Below are positions 24,188 through 32,246 of a stretch of DNA of 33,923 bases, piece by piece. The position numbers and the translations under genes were made by a program. The notes under the pieces are model-generated. The model saw nothing but the letters and a program-made list of their open reading frames with translations. It was not told the DNA's origin and did no database searches. Numbering within the stretch: the stretch's first letter is position 1; every line of letters begins with the position of its first letter. Source of the stretch: Acidobacteriota bacterium (lineage in GTDB: Bacteria; Acidobacteriota; Blastocatellia; Pyrinomonadales; Pyrinomonadaceae); assembly GCA_005790265.1 (NCBI GenBank), contig SXVE01000267.1, positions 1 through 33,923 of the forward strand, in the 5' to 3' direction.

Positions 24188-25921
24188 TTACGGCTGTTTC
24201 GCCGCGCCGTTCGGCACTACCTGATTGGTCACAACCGGAACGATTGCCGGCGATGAAACCGGATTGCTGTTTGGAACGACCGGCGCGTTTTCCGAGTTGG
24301 ACGGCGGATTGCCGAGCGGCACCGGCTGCATAATGGTTGTTGTTCGCATTCCGTCGCTCACTTTGCCGGATGTGATGTTGCCTTCAAAATCCGGACGGAA
24401 AATGCGCGGCGTGATAAAGAACAGCAATTCGCTCGAATCGCGGAAAACGCCTTTTCGTTTGAACAGATTGCCGAGCAAAGGAATGCGCGAAAGTCCCGGC
24501 GTGCGATCCTGTTCTTCGCGTTCGGAATCAAACAGCGCGCCGCCGACCACAGTCGTTCCGCCGTCGGGAACCATCACCTGCGTCTGCATTCTCTGCGTGC
24601 TGATGACGCCGCCTGCTTCCGCCGTGTTGTTTTCCGCGACGACATTCAAGATTACCGTTCCAACATCGGTAATTTGCGGCGTCACCGCCAATCGCAGCGG
24701 AACGTTAACGTATTCGGTCGTCGCGACGACGGCTCCGCCCGCGCTGTTCGGCTGAACGGTTGTGATCGGAATCTGCGAACCGCTTTCAATCTGCGCCGGA
24801 CGATTGTTCAATGTCGTGACGCGCGGCGTCGCGATGGTTTTCGCCTGACCTTTGCTTTCGCCCGCAGTAATCAGCGCGCTGATCTGCGCCGTTCCGAAAA
24901 TTCCGGTCGTTAAACCGATGACCGTATTCGGAATCGAAGAAATTAAACTATTGTTCGGTTCGAGTCCGACACCGACCGGAATTCCTCCCGCACGAAATCC
25001 GGTTGTATTGCCGCCGCCGCTGCCGCCGCCGCTTCCACCACCGCTGCCGCCGGCAGCTTGGCTGCCTGGAATCGTTCCGGCTGATGCGGCGCTGCCGCGC
25101 GGTCCGAGAACAAGAGCTGAAAGTGCGACGCCCAAGTCGCGGCTGAAGTTGCGCGTCGCAACGACGATGCGCGCTTCGATTTCGACTTGCGGTTCCGGCT
25201 GATCGAGCAAGGAAACGAGTTGGCGAACGGCGTCAATGTTTTCGCGCACGTCCGTAATAATTAAAGTGTTGCTGCGCGCGTCAACTTCGACCGCGCCGCG
25301 TCGCGAAAGACGACGTTTGATGATTCCCAGAATTCCCTGATCGGAACCGCCGCCGCCGCTAACCGCGCCGCCGCTGCCGCCGACGCTCGGCGTGACGCCG
25401 CCGACAAACGCTCCGGCGGAACCGGATTGTCCGCTCAAGCTGCCGTTGCCGAACGCGTAATTCAAGCGAATGAATTCCGTATAGAGCGGCGACGTGTCGA
25501 GCTGATTTTCCTGTCGCTGGCGGCGAATTTCGCCTTCAGCGGCGAGAGTTTTCGCCTGCGCGACGCGCAAAATCGAACCGTTGACCTGAACGCCGAGCTC
25601 CTGCGCCTGCAAAATCGAATCGAGCGCGACGTTCCACGGCACTTCGTTGACGTTGACCGTCACCGGAACTTTGTCCACCGATTTATCAATGACGAAATTG
25701 ATGCCGTATTGTTCGGTAATATAATTAAGAATGTCGCGAATGTCGGCATTGACGACGTTCAGGTTGATCGGCTCGCCGCGAAATCCGGGATCGCCGTCCA
25801 TTTTACCTTGTTGCTGCGGCTGCACTGTCTGCGCGGAAACCGCCAATGCCAAACAACCGGTAATCATCAAAGCGAAAACGACCATTTTGGCAAGTCCGCT
25901 CAATTTATGAAGAGAATTCAT
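24188..25921 (-). CDS. pilQ: Type IV pilus secretin PilQ (no AMIN domain; Gly/Ser-rich insertions)
   Basis: A Shine-Dalgarno GGAGGA lies 5 nt upstream and a signal peptide is present. The N0 domain reads INLNVVNADIRDILNYITEQYGINFVIDKSV...VTVNVNEVPWNVALDSILQ. The segment LYTEFIRLNYA follows. The secretin C-domain has IPLLGNLFKRKG and ELLFFITPRI. Confidence 0.9.
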   Translation of the reverse strand: MNSLHKLSGLAKMVVFALMITGCLALAVSAQTVQPQQQGKMDGDPGFRGEPINLNVVNADIRDILNYITEQYGINFVIDKSVDKVPVTVNVNEVPWNVALDSILQAQELGVQVNGSILRVAQAKTLAAEGEIRRQRQENQLDTSPLYTEFIRLNYAFGNGSLSGQSGSAGAFVGGVTPSVGGSGGAVSGGGGSDQGILGIIKRRLSRRGAVEVDARSNTLIITDVRENIDAVRQLVSLLDQPEPQVEIEARIVVATRNFSRDLGVALSALVLGPRGSAASAGTIPGSQAAGGSGGGSGGGSGGGNTTGFRAGGIPVGVGLEPNNSLISSIPNTVIGLTTGIFGTAQISALITAGESKGQAKTIATPRVTTLNNRPAQIESGSQIPITTVQPNSAGGAVVATTEYVNVPLRLAVTPQITDVGTVILNVVAENNTAEAGGVISTQRMQTQVMVPDGGTTVVGGALFDSEREEQDRTPGLSRIPLLGNLFKRKGVFRDSSELLFFITPRIFRPDFEGNITSGKVSDGMRTTTIMQPVPLGNPPSNSENAPVVPNSNPVSSPAIVPVVTNQVVPNGAAKQP

Positions 25922-26008
25922 GTTTCCTCCGTATGCAAACTTCTTCCTCGCTTTTTTCGAGAAAAAGAAGCTAAGTCTGAATTAAATTATTATTTTGATA
26001 AAATTGGC

Positions 26009-26037
26009 GGCGCGCTCATCGGGCGATGAACCGCGCC
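26009..26037 (-). other. GC-rich hairpin in the pilP-pilQ intergenic spacer
   Basis: The minus-strand RNA GGCGCGGTTCATCGCCCGATGAGCGCGCC has an outer 6-bp GC helix plus an inner 5-bp helix. It is followed by an AT-rich run, GCCAATTTTATCAAAATAATAATTT. Confidence 0.4.
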
Positions 26038-26056
26038 GTTGGAAATTTTTGCAGCG

Positions 26057-26911
26057 CTATTTGTTTTTAGCGATTTTGACGGGTTTCTTATTTTTCGGCG
26101 CGGTTTTTTCTTTGCTCGATTCGCTGGCGGATTCTTTTTTAGAGTCCTTTTTGGAACCGGATTTGGATTTTGCCGTTTCAGTCGTTTCCGTTTTCGGCTG
26201 CCGATTCATTTCTTCGAGCGGCGAAACGACCGTTGTTGGTGTCAGCGTTTGTCCCGGTTTGATTTCGGCTGGAACAGTCGGCTGGGCAGCCGCCGTTTCC
26301 GTTCTTTTTTCTCCGCTTTCAATCGGCGCCGTTCCGCGAATCTGTTCTTGATCCGAATACTGCCGCAGCGCTTTGTTTTCAACCGAAGCGACGAATTTGC
26401 CGTTGCTCATTTTCACCACTTTGCGAAAAACCAGCCGGTTTTCTTCGATGGCGACGAGCTGCCCGTCAAAGAATTTTTCGCCCGGGTAAATCGTGTAGGA
26501 AAGACTGATCGGTTTCGCCTCGACCATCGCGGCATATCCGCGCGGCGTGCGAAAAACTCCGATAATCGCCATTTCATCAAGCGTCAGCACGCTGGTCACT
26601 TTCGGAATCGGCTGTCCGTTTTCCGCCGCTTCAAGCCGCAATTGTTTGTAATGATCAATCCGCTGATTGATGCTCGGCGCGCCCATTGCGACAACCGGCG
26701 GTGGACCTTGCTTGACCGGTTTCGGCGCGCCCGAAGCGGACGGCGCGGACGGAGTGCCGGTGCCGACGATTTTCGGTTTCGCCCAGCCCGGTTTCGCAAA
26801 CGGATCACCTTGCTGCGCCGAAACTTGCGCGGCGCTTCCGCCGAGCAAAACAAATCCGGCGGCGGCTAAACTCAAACTCAAAATGCGTAAACTTTTCGAT
26901 TTATTTATCAT
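26057..26911 (-). CDS. pilP: PilP-like pilus assembly protein with extended Lys/Ser/Glu-rich C-terminal tail
   Basis: It sits between pilO and pilQ. A signal peptide is present (LRILSLSLAAAGFVLLGGSAAQVSAQ). The PilP-type beta core reads LDEMAIIGVFRTPRGYAAMVEAKP...YTIYPGEKFFDGQLVAIEENRLVFRKV. The tail reads KTETTETAKSKSGSKKDSKKESASESSKEKTAPKNKKPVKIAKNK. Confidence 0.7.
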   Translation of the reverse strand: MINKSKSLRILSLSLAAAGFVLLGGSAAQVSAQQGDPFAKPGWAKPKIVGTGTPSAPSASGAPKPVKQGPPPVVAMGAPSINQRIDHYKQLRLEAAENGQPIPKVTSVLTLDEMAIIGVFRTPRGYAAMVEAKPISLSYTIYPGEKFFDGQLVAIEENRLVFRKVVKMSNGKFVASVENKALRQYSDQEQIRGTAPIESGEKRTETAAAQPTVPAEIKPGQTLTPTTVVSPLEEMNRQPKTETTETAKSKSGSKKDSKKESASESSKEKTAPKNKKPVKIAKNK

Positions 26912-26958
26912 GGCTGTCTTTCTCTAATTAAAACCTTTTTGAGCGAAACGTTGTTCGT

Positions 26959-27621
26959 TTAGTTGGTAACAGGCGGAGCGGCGGCGGGCGGCGCTCCTGC
27001 TGCCGGCGGTGCGGCTGGTTTAGCGCCCGGCGCGCCCGGTTTTCCGGCGGGCGGATTCAAGTTTTCCGGCGCGGCGTAATAAGCGGTCAGCAAAAATTGC
27101 GCGTGCAGAGTTTTTTCGGCGGTTTGTTTTTCCAGTTGGTTGATTTTGAAATCCGTAATCGAAACGATGCGCGGCAGTTTCGCCATTTTGTCGAAAAAGG
27201 CGCGCAGATTGGTGAAATTGCTGTCAACCTCGACTTCGACCGGTTTCGCCATAATTGCGTCCTGCTGCGAATCGTCGCGCGGCGAAAATCTCATCACGAT
27301 CAGGCGGCTGTCGCCCGCCGCTTCCTGCATTCCCTGCAAAACGTTGGTGATTTCGCGCTGTTCCGGCAGCAGAACTTTCAATTCGTCGTATTCCTGCGCT
27401 TTGCTGGCATACAGCGCGCGAAATTCGTTGATGCGCTGCGTGGCAACTCGCGCCGCTTCGTTTTTCGCCTGAAGCTGCGATACTTGTTCGTTCAAAGCCG
27501 CAATCTCAACGCGCGTTTCGCTCGTCACGAAGTAATAAACGCAGCCGTAAAGCATCGCCGCAATGCCGACCAGAACGAGGAGCTGCATCTGCCATTGTAG
27601 ATTTTTGAATTTCTCTAACAT
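26959..27621 (-). CDS. pilO: Type IV pilus assembly protein PilO
   Basis: It has a single TM helix (LLVLVGIAAMLYGCVYYFV), a coiled coil, LLPEQREITNVLQGMQEAA, and VEVEVDSNFTNLRAFFDKMAKLPRIVSITDFKI, which is the PilO ferredoxin-like core. The C-terminus is Pro/Ala-rich. Confidence 0.85.
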   Translation of the reverse strand: MLEKFKNLQWQMQLLVLVGIAAMLYGCVYYFVTSETRVEIAALNEQVSQLQAKNEAARVATQRINEFRALYASKAQEYDELKVLLPEQREITNVLQGMQEAAGDSRLIVMRFSPRDDSQQDAIMAKPVEVEVDSNFTNLRAFFDKMAKLPRIVSITDFKINQLEKQTAEKTLHAQFLLTAYYAAPENLNPPAGKPGAPGAKPAAPPAAGAPPAAAPPVTN

Positions 27622-27680
27622 ATTCGATTACCTTTTATAAATTACAATCGTTGATTAATAATTCTTCTATCAAATGTCCG

Positions 27681-28391
27681 TTAATTTTTCGCGATTTGCG
27701 GTGCTGCCGGTGCCGCCGGTGCCGCATTCGTCGCCGTTGTCGGCATCATCTCTTTCGGCGCTCCGGCTTTCGACGGCGTGTAAGCGGTGCGAATGGTAAA
27801 GTTGACGATTTCGAGTTTCGGCGCTTCCTGTCCCGGCGCGGGCGCCGAAGCGGTTTGGCTCTGCACTTCTTTGCGCTGCGTTTCGATATTCAGATTCGAG
27901 AACAGACCGCCGGAAAACTCCAGGCTGCGACCGAATTGCGTTACCGCCGATTCGTCCGGCGAATTGCCTTTGATCGTAACCTGTTCGCCCGCTTGTTCGA
28001 GCGATTCGAGGTAAAGTCCGGGCGTCATCCGAATTCTTTCGTTGGCGGCTTCGAGCACGGCGCTCGGTCCGGCTTGCGACGCTCTCAGTTTTTTGATCGC
28101 TTCGATGCGCAAATCAATGTTTTGAATTTTCGCTTCGAGTTCTTTCTGTTCTTTCAAAACCGATTCGAGCTGCGCGGCGATCTGCTTTTGTTCTTCGAGC
28201 TGGCGTTCAGCTTCCGTGCGCGCCATCTGCGTCGAAATCACATCCCAGCCGATCACGGCGACGAGCAGAAAAGCGACCGCCATCGTCATCAGCATCAGGC
28301 GCGAAACCGGGCTGGCGATTTTGCGTTCGACGGCGACCGCCGCGCCGCCCTGTCGTTCGGTAACCGAGTGTAAAAGGTTTATTTTAATCAT
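27681..28391 (-). CDS. pilN: Type IV pilus assembly protein PilN
   Basis: The N-terminus MIKINLL is the PilM-binding INLL motif. A TM helix (LMLMTMAVAFLLVAVIGW) and a coiled coil follow. An ATGA start/stop overlap with pilM (28388-28391) indicates translational coupling. Confidence 0.85.
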   Translation of the reverse strand: MIKINLLHSVTERQGGAAVAVERKIASPVSRLMLMTMAVAFLLVAVIGWDVISTQMARTEAERQLEEQKQIAAQLESVLKEQKELEAKIQNIDLRIEAIKKLRASQAGPSAVLEAANERIRMTPGLYLESLEQAGEQVTIKGNSPDESAVTQFGRSLEFSGGLFSNLNIETQRKEVQSQTASAPAPGQEAPKLEIVNFTIRTAYTPSKAGAPKEMMPTTATNAAPAAPAAPQIAKN

Positions 28392-29449
28392 CTTAATTCT
28401 GCTCCCCTTACTGCCAAACCGACGGCAACCGCCATTTCCGGCATAATTTCGCTTAAATAATCAGGGTCAAATTTGCGGGTGTCCACTTTGATATTGCGGA
28501 ACGGATCTAAAACTTCGACCGGCAGTTCGAGTCGGGCGGATAATTCTTCGGCGAGTCCGGCGAGTTTCGAGCCGCCGCCGGAAATTAAAATCTTTTGGAC
28601 GGCGATTTCGTTGTCTTCGCTCGTCGCGCGGTAAAAATCGAAAGTTTTTTGAATTTCCATCGCGACGACTTCGGTCACATTGCTCATCAGCGGTTCGATT
28701 GCTTTTTCGTCAACGCCCTGCGCCGCATCGGAAACGCCGCGTTTAACCGCTTCGGCTTGCTGAAAACTCAAACCCAGACTGCGCTGCAAAACATCGGTAA
28801 ACTGACTTCCGCCAACCGTGATGTCGCGCGTGAAAAGCGAGCGCGTTCCTTTGACGATATTGACGTTCATCGTTGACGCGCCGATGTTCAAAAGAGTAAC
28901 GACTTGCGAATCGTCCGGCTGGTAATTGATTTCGTAGCAGTTTTGCAGCGCGAACGTATCAACATCAATGACGACCGGCTGTTTTCCGGCAAGCTGAATC
29001 GCCTGTTTCATATTGTCAATGCGCTCGCGTTTGCACGCCGCGATTAAAACCTGCGTCGCGTCTGCCGATTCCGCCGTTACCTGATAATCGAGCGTGACGT
29101 CCGCCAAATCATACGGAATGTGTTCTTCGGCGTGCCAGTCAATTGATTCTTCGAGTTCTTCGCGGCTCATCGGCGGCAAAACGATGTTTTTGATAATCAC
29201 CGAATGCCCGCTCACGCCCGTGACAACCTGCGTCGCGGTAATCTGATGATTGGTGCAAACGTTTTGAATCACGTCCGACACCACGTTAAGCTCCATAATC
29301 TGCCCGTCAACAATCGTGTTGTCCGGCAGATTTTCAAAGCCCAAACTCACTAAATTCAGATTATTTAATTTGCCGTCAAGCTCGACCATTTTGACCGAAC
29401 TCGAACCGACATCTAACCCGGCAACGCTTTTCTTTTTACCGAACAGCAT
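28388..29449 (-). CDS. pilM: Type IV pilus assembly ATPase-fold protein PilM
   Basis: A Shine-Dalgarno AAGGAG lies upstream. Actin-like phosphate-1 motif is GLDVGSSSVKMVEL. Also present: ...LNIGASTMNVNIV...DITVGG...ILISGGGSKLAGL. It is the first gene of pilMNOPQ. Confidence 0.9.
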   Translation of the reverse strand: MLFGKKKSVAGLDVGSSSVKMVELDGKLNNLNLVSLGFENLPDNTIVDGQIMELNVVSDVIQNVCTNHQITATQVVTGVSGHSVIIKNIVLPPMSREELEESIDWHAEEHIPYDLADVTLDYQVTAESADATQVLIAACKRERIDNMKQAIQLAGKQPVVIDVDTFALQNCYEINYQPDDSQVVTLLNIGASTMNVNIVKGTRSLFTRDITVGGSQFTDVLQRSLGLSFQQAEAVKRGVSDAAQGVDEKAIEPLMSNVTEVVAMEIQKTFDFYRATSEDNEIAVQKILISGGGSKLAGLAEELSARLELPVEVLDPFRNIKVDTRKFDPDYLSEIMPEMAVAVGLAVRGAELR

Positions 29450-29757
29450 TATCTTTCTTACTCCTTTTAGCTTTCACGCCAATTTTCTTTGGTTTTTTTC
29501 AGGTCTACAACGTTTTCTCAACAACCCAAACGATACGAATTTCGGCACTGGAAGATTTTTTGCCACCTTCTCGGGAACGACCGCAGCAAGACGAGACTTT
29601 TTTTAGGATAGGTCAACTGAATGCGGTGCCGCGTAAATCTGTTTCGTTTTTTTATTGTTTATTGCTCGCAACATTAATGCGTTTTTGAATGGTTGTTTCT
29701 TGAAAACTTTTTTGCATTAGGTGGCGAAGGGAAACGACTGATTCGTCGTCATAAATA

Positions 29758-29794
29758 AAACTACATTAGCGATTAATAATTGTCAACAACTATT
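29758..29794 (-). promoter_or_regulatory. Candidate sigma70-type promoter (TTGACA-17 nt-TAGTTT) overlapped by a 9-2-9 imperfect palindrome, upstream of pilM
   Basis: On the minus strand, TTGACA lies at 29786-29781 and TAGTTT at 29763-29758, with a 17-nt spacer. The palindrome AATAATTGT-CA-ACAACTATT spans 29775-29794 with one mismatch. This would imply a ~300-nt leader, so the call is tentative. Confidence 0.25.
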
Positions 29795-29936
29795 TTCATT
29801 GTTAAACACCATTTTGATTAAATTTTTTTCACAATGATTTACCAATCGGTCAAAATGACTGCGCGAGAATTAAAAAAGCGATTGTTTGTTCGGTAATAAG
29901 CGAACATATTCTCGTTTTATTTTCGGCGTTTTGAAC

Positions 29937-30719
29937 TTAAGCGGCGGCGATGCGGTCAATTAAAGCGGCGGTTTCAAGCGGTTTTTCAAACGGAAAAAGG
30001 TGCGAGCCGGCGACGAAATGAAAATCAATCGAAAAATGTTTGCGCATAAACGAGAGCCGCGCCATTTTCGCTTCGCGCGAATCGGAACCGCCGATGTAAG
30101 CGGTCGGAACCGTTAAACGTCCGCGAAACTGCGGCAGATTGTGCGGAATCGTGCGGTAAATTTCGGCTTCAACGCTCGGACGAAAAAAAAGCTCGAAGCC
30201 TTTTTCGGTTTCGGTTGTGCCGTATTCGACATAATCGCGCAGCACATCTTCATCAAAAGCAGCGAATTTTTCCTTTTTCTTAAAGTGCTCGAACGCTTCT
30301 TCTTTCGTGCGCCAGAGATTGCGGCGATAAACGGTAATCTGCGCGGGCGTAAAACGGTCAATCAGTTTGGTGAGTTTTAACGCGTGCAATCCGCGACTGC
30401 TCAAACGGCTGATAATCGGCGCGTCAAGCAAAATAATTTTTCGGTAGAGATGCGGATTTTCGATGGCGACCAAAAAATGCAGAACGCCGCCCAAACTATG
30501 ACCGACGCCGACAATCGGATCATCGTAACGCCGCTTGATTTCCGCGCGCAGCTCATCTTTAAGAAAATTCCAGCCGTCGGTCACGGGAAATTGCGGATCG
30601 TGCGCGTGGCGTTCGAGAAAACCGATTTCGTAGTTATGCCGCAGAAAGTCGAAAATTTTGCTGTAAGTTCGGGCGGGAAATCCGTTGGCGTGAGCGAAAT
30701 GAATAACTTTTTTAATCAT
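29937..30719 (-). CDS. Alpha/beta-fold hydrolase
   Basis: The nucleophile elbow is VGVGHSLGG (GxSxG). Length (260 aa) and the HFAHANGF N-terminal strand are typical of the fold. Substrate is unknown. Confidence 0.75.
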   Translation of the reverse strand: MIKKVIHFAHANGFPARTYSKIFDFLRHNYEIGFLERHAHDPQFPVTDGWNFLKDELRAEIKRRYDDPIVGVGHSLGGVLHFLVAIENPHLYRKIILLDAPIISRLSSRGLHALKLTKLIDRFTPAQITVYRRNLWRTKEEAFEHFKKKEKFAAFDEDVLRDYVEYGTTETEKGFELFFRPSVEAEIYRTIPHNLPQFRGRLTVPTAYIGGSDSREAKMARLSFMRKHFSIDFHFVAGSHLFPFEKPLETAALIDRIAAA

Positions 30720-30818
30720 TTTTCTAAACCGATTTTAACAACATTTTCGCGTCAGACCAATCCAAACCTTTTCATTTCTCGGTAAACACCGTTCAGAAAT
30801 TCAAGTAAAATCGTGTCT

Positions 30819-30871
30819 AAAAGAAAACACCGCGTTAAGAATTCGTTGTTCTCGACGCGGTGTTTTCTTTT
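30819..30871. terminator. Intrinsic terminator after the TPR gene (palindromic, potentially bidirectional)
   Basis: A perfect 16-bp stem forms between AAAAGAAAACACCGCG (30819-30834) and CGCGGTGTTTTCTTTT (30856-30871). The A and T runs are built into the stem ends. Confidence 0.8.
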
Positions 30872-30887
30872 GCGAAAACCGATTTGA

Positions 30888-31838
30888 TTATGACTGTTTT
30901 TTCTGCGAAGCATCGAGCGTGAACTTGCTCCACAGCAGTTTGCGCAAATGATCCGCCAACGCGTAATCGCATTTTTCGAGCTGTTTCAATTGTTCGTAAG
31001 CGGCGTCGCGATTTCCCTTTTTCAAGTTGCTGATCGCCAGATTCCACAATCCTTCGCCGTAATCGGGCTGCAAACTGACGGCTTTTGAAAAATGTTTGAA
31101 AGCCTCGTCATCTTTGCCCATTTTTTCGAGCACGGCGCCCATATTGTTATGAACAAACGCTGAATTCGGAGCCAGCCGGTCGGCTTTTTTCAAACTTTCG
31201 AGCGCTTCTTTATAACGTTCGAGCCAGTAAAGCGTATAACCTCGATTGCAGTGCGCTTCCGCCAATTCGGGTTTTATTTTGATTGCTTCATCCACCTTTT
31301 TTAAAGCTTCCGCAAATTGTTTCGTTCGATTGAGCGACACCGAATAATTGACGAGCGTTTCCGCATCGTTCGGATCGGCGGCGAGCGCGCGGCGGAAATA
31401 AGCCTGACTTTCCTCGAACATTTCTTTTTTATTGTACGATTCGCCGATGCTCGCCAGCGTTTTGCTGTGCTGCGGATCAATTGCGATTAATTCTCTAAAA
31501 ATTTTCAGTCCGTCGTCATAATCTCCGGCTTCAAAAAAAGAACGCGCCAGATTATACCGGCAGTTAAAACAGTTGGCGTCAATTTCGATGGCGCGGGAAA
31601 AATAACTGATCGCCTGTTTGTAATCTTTATCAACGAGAACTTTTTTCATTCCGAGATTGTTCAGCTCGATGACTTTTTCCAGATTTTCCGATTTAACATC
31701 GGGTTTCGGCGGCGCGGATTCTGTTTTTAACGGCGTTTCGTCAGTAACAAACTGCAAATTCGGCGTTTTCATCTGCGCGCTGAGAGTCAGCGGTAAAATT
31801 ATGATTGCCAGCCAAGTTAATATTTTTTTCATAACCAT
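30888..31838 (-). CDS. Secreted tetratricopeptide-repeat (TPR) protein
   Basis: A signal peptide is present (KKILTWLAIIILPLTLSAQ). Multiple 34-aa TPR units follow (AISYFSRAIEIDANCFNCRYNLARSFFEAGDYDDGLKIF..., AQAYFRRALAADPNDAETLVNYSVSL..., etc.). The Shine-Dalgarno GAGGAGA abuts the first ATG, so the real start may be the second ATG at 31832. Confidence 0.85.
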   Translation of the reverse strand: MVMKKILTWLAIIILPLTLSAQMKTPNLQFVTDETPLKTESAPPKPDVKSENLEKVIELNNLGMKKVLVDKDYKQAISYFSRAIEIDANCFNCRYNLARSFFEAGDYDDGLKIFRELIAIDPQHSKTLASIGESYNKKEMFEESQAYFRRALAADPNDAETLVNYSVSLNRTKQFAEALKKVDEAIKIKPELAEAHCNRGYTLYWLERYKEALESLKKADRLAPNSAFVHNNMGAVLEKMGKDDEAFKHFSKAVSLQPDYGEGLWNLAISNLKKGNRDAAYEQLKQLEKCDYALADHLRKLLWSKFTLDASQKKQS

Positions 31839-32105
31839 TCTCCTCGATCAAGCGGAAAAAATCGCTTGTTTTTCTGTTTAAAAGAACAGTTTTAAGCCGA
31901 AAACGAAGGCTTTTTTTCAGCCGAAAACCGGCTTTATAATGAAAGAAGATTATTTTGTTAAAAAAGGGCGCCTTCTAATGGTTGAAACACCGCGCAAATG
32001 AGTTTTGTGACAGATTTTTAAATTCTCTTAAATTATTGCAGTAAAAAGAGTTATAAATCTAAATACGTGAATAAAATCTATTTTTTTGAACTCCCTCAAC
32101 AACAT

Positions 32106-32146
32106 AAAAAAGGCGCTCGAAATTCAATATTCCGAGCGCCTTTTTT
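32106..32146. terminator. Intrinsic terminator after the GNAT gene (palindromic)
   Basis: The sequence is A6-GGCGCTCG (32112-32119), a 13-nt loop, CGAGCGCC (32133-32140), then T6. Confidence 0.85.
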
Positions 32147-32246
32147 GGCTTAAGATAAACAAAATTTGAGAAAATTTTACTGACCGTTATCACGCAAATC
32201 GGAAAATCGCCGACTTACCGATTTACAACCCGCGGCAATCAATCGT

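Noticed and set aside
29316-29606. 96-aa plus-strand ORF across the pilM start
   Set aside because: It is antisense to the pilM 5' end and Shine-Dalgarno. It is hydrophobic and low-complexity with no motif, so it is probably spurious.
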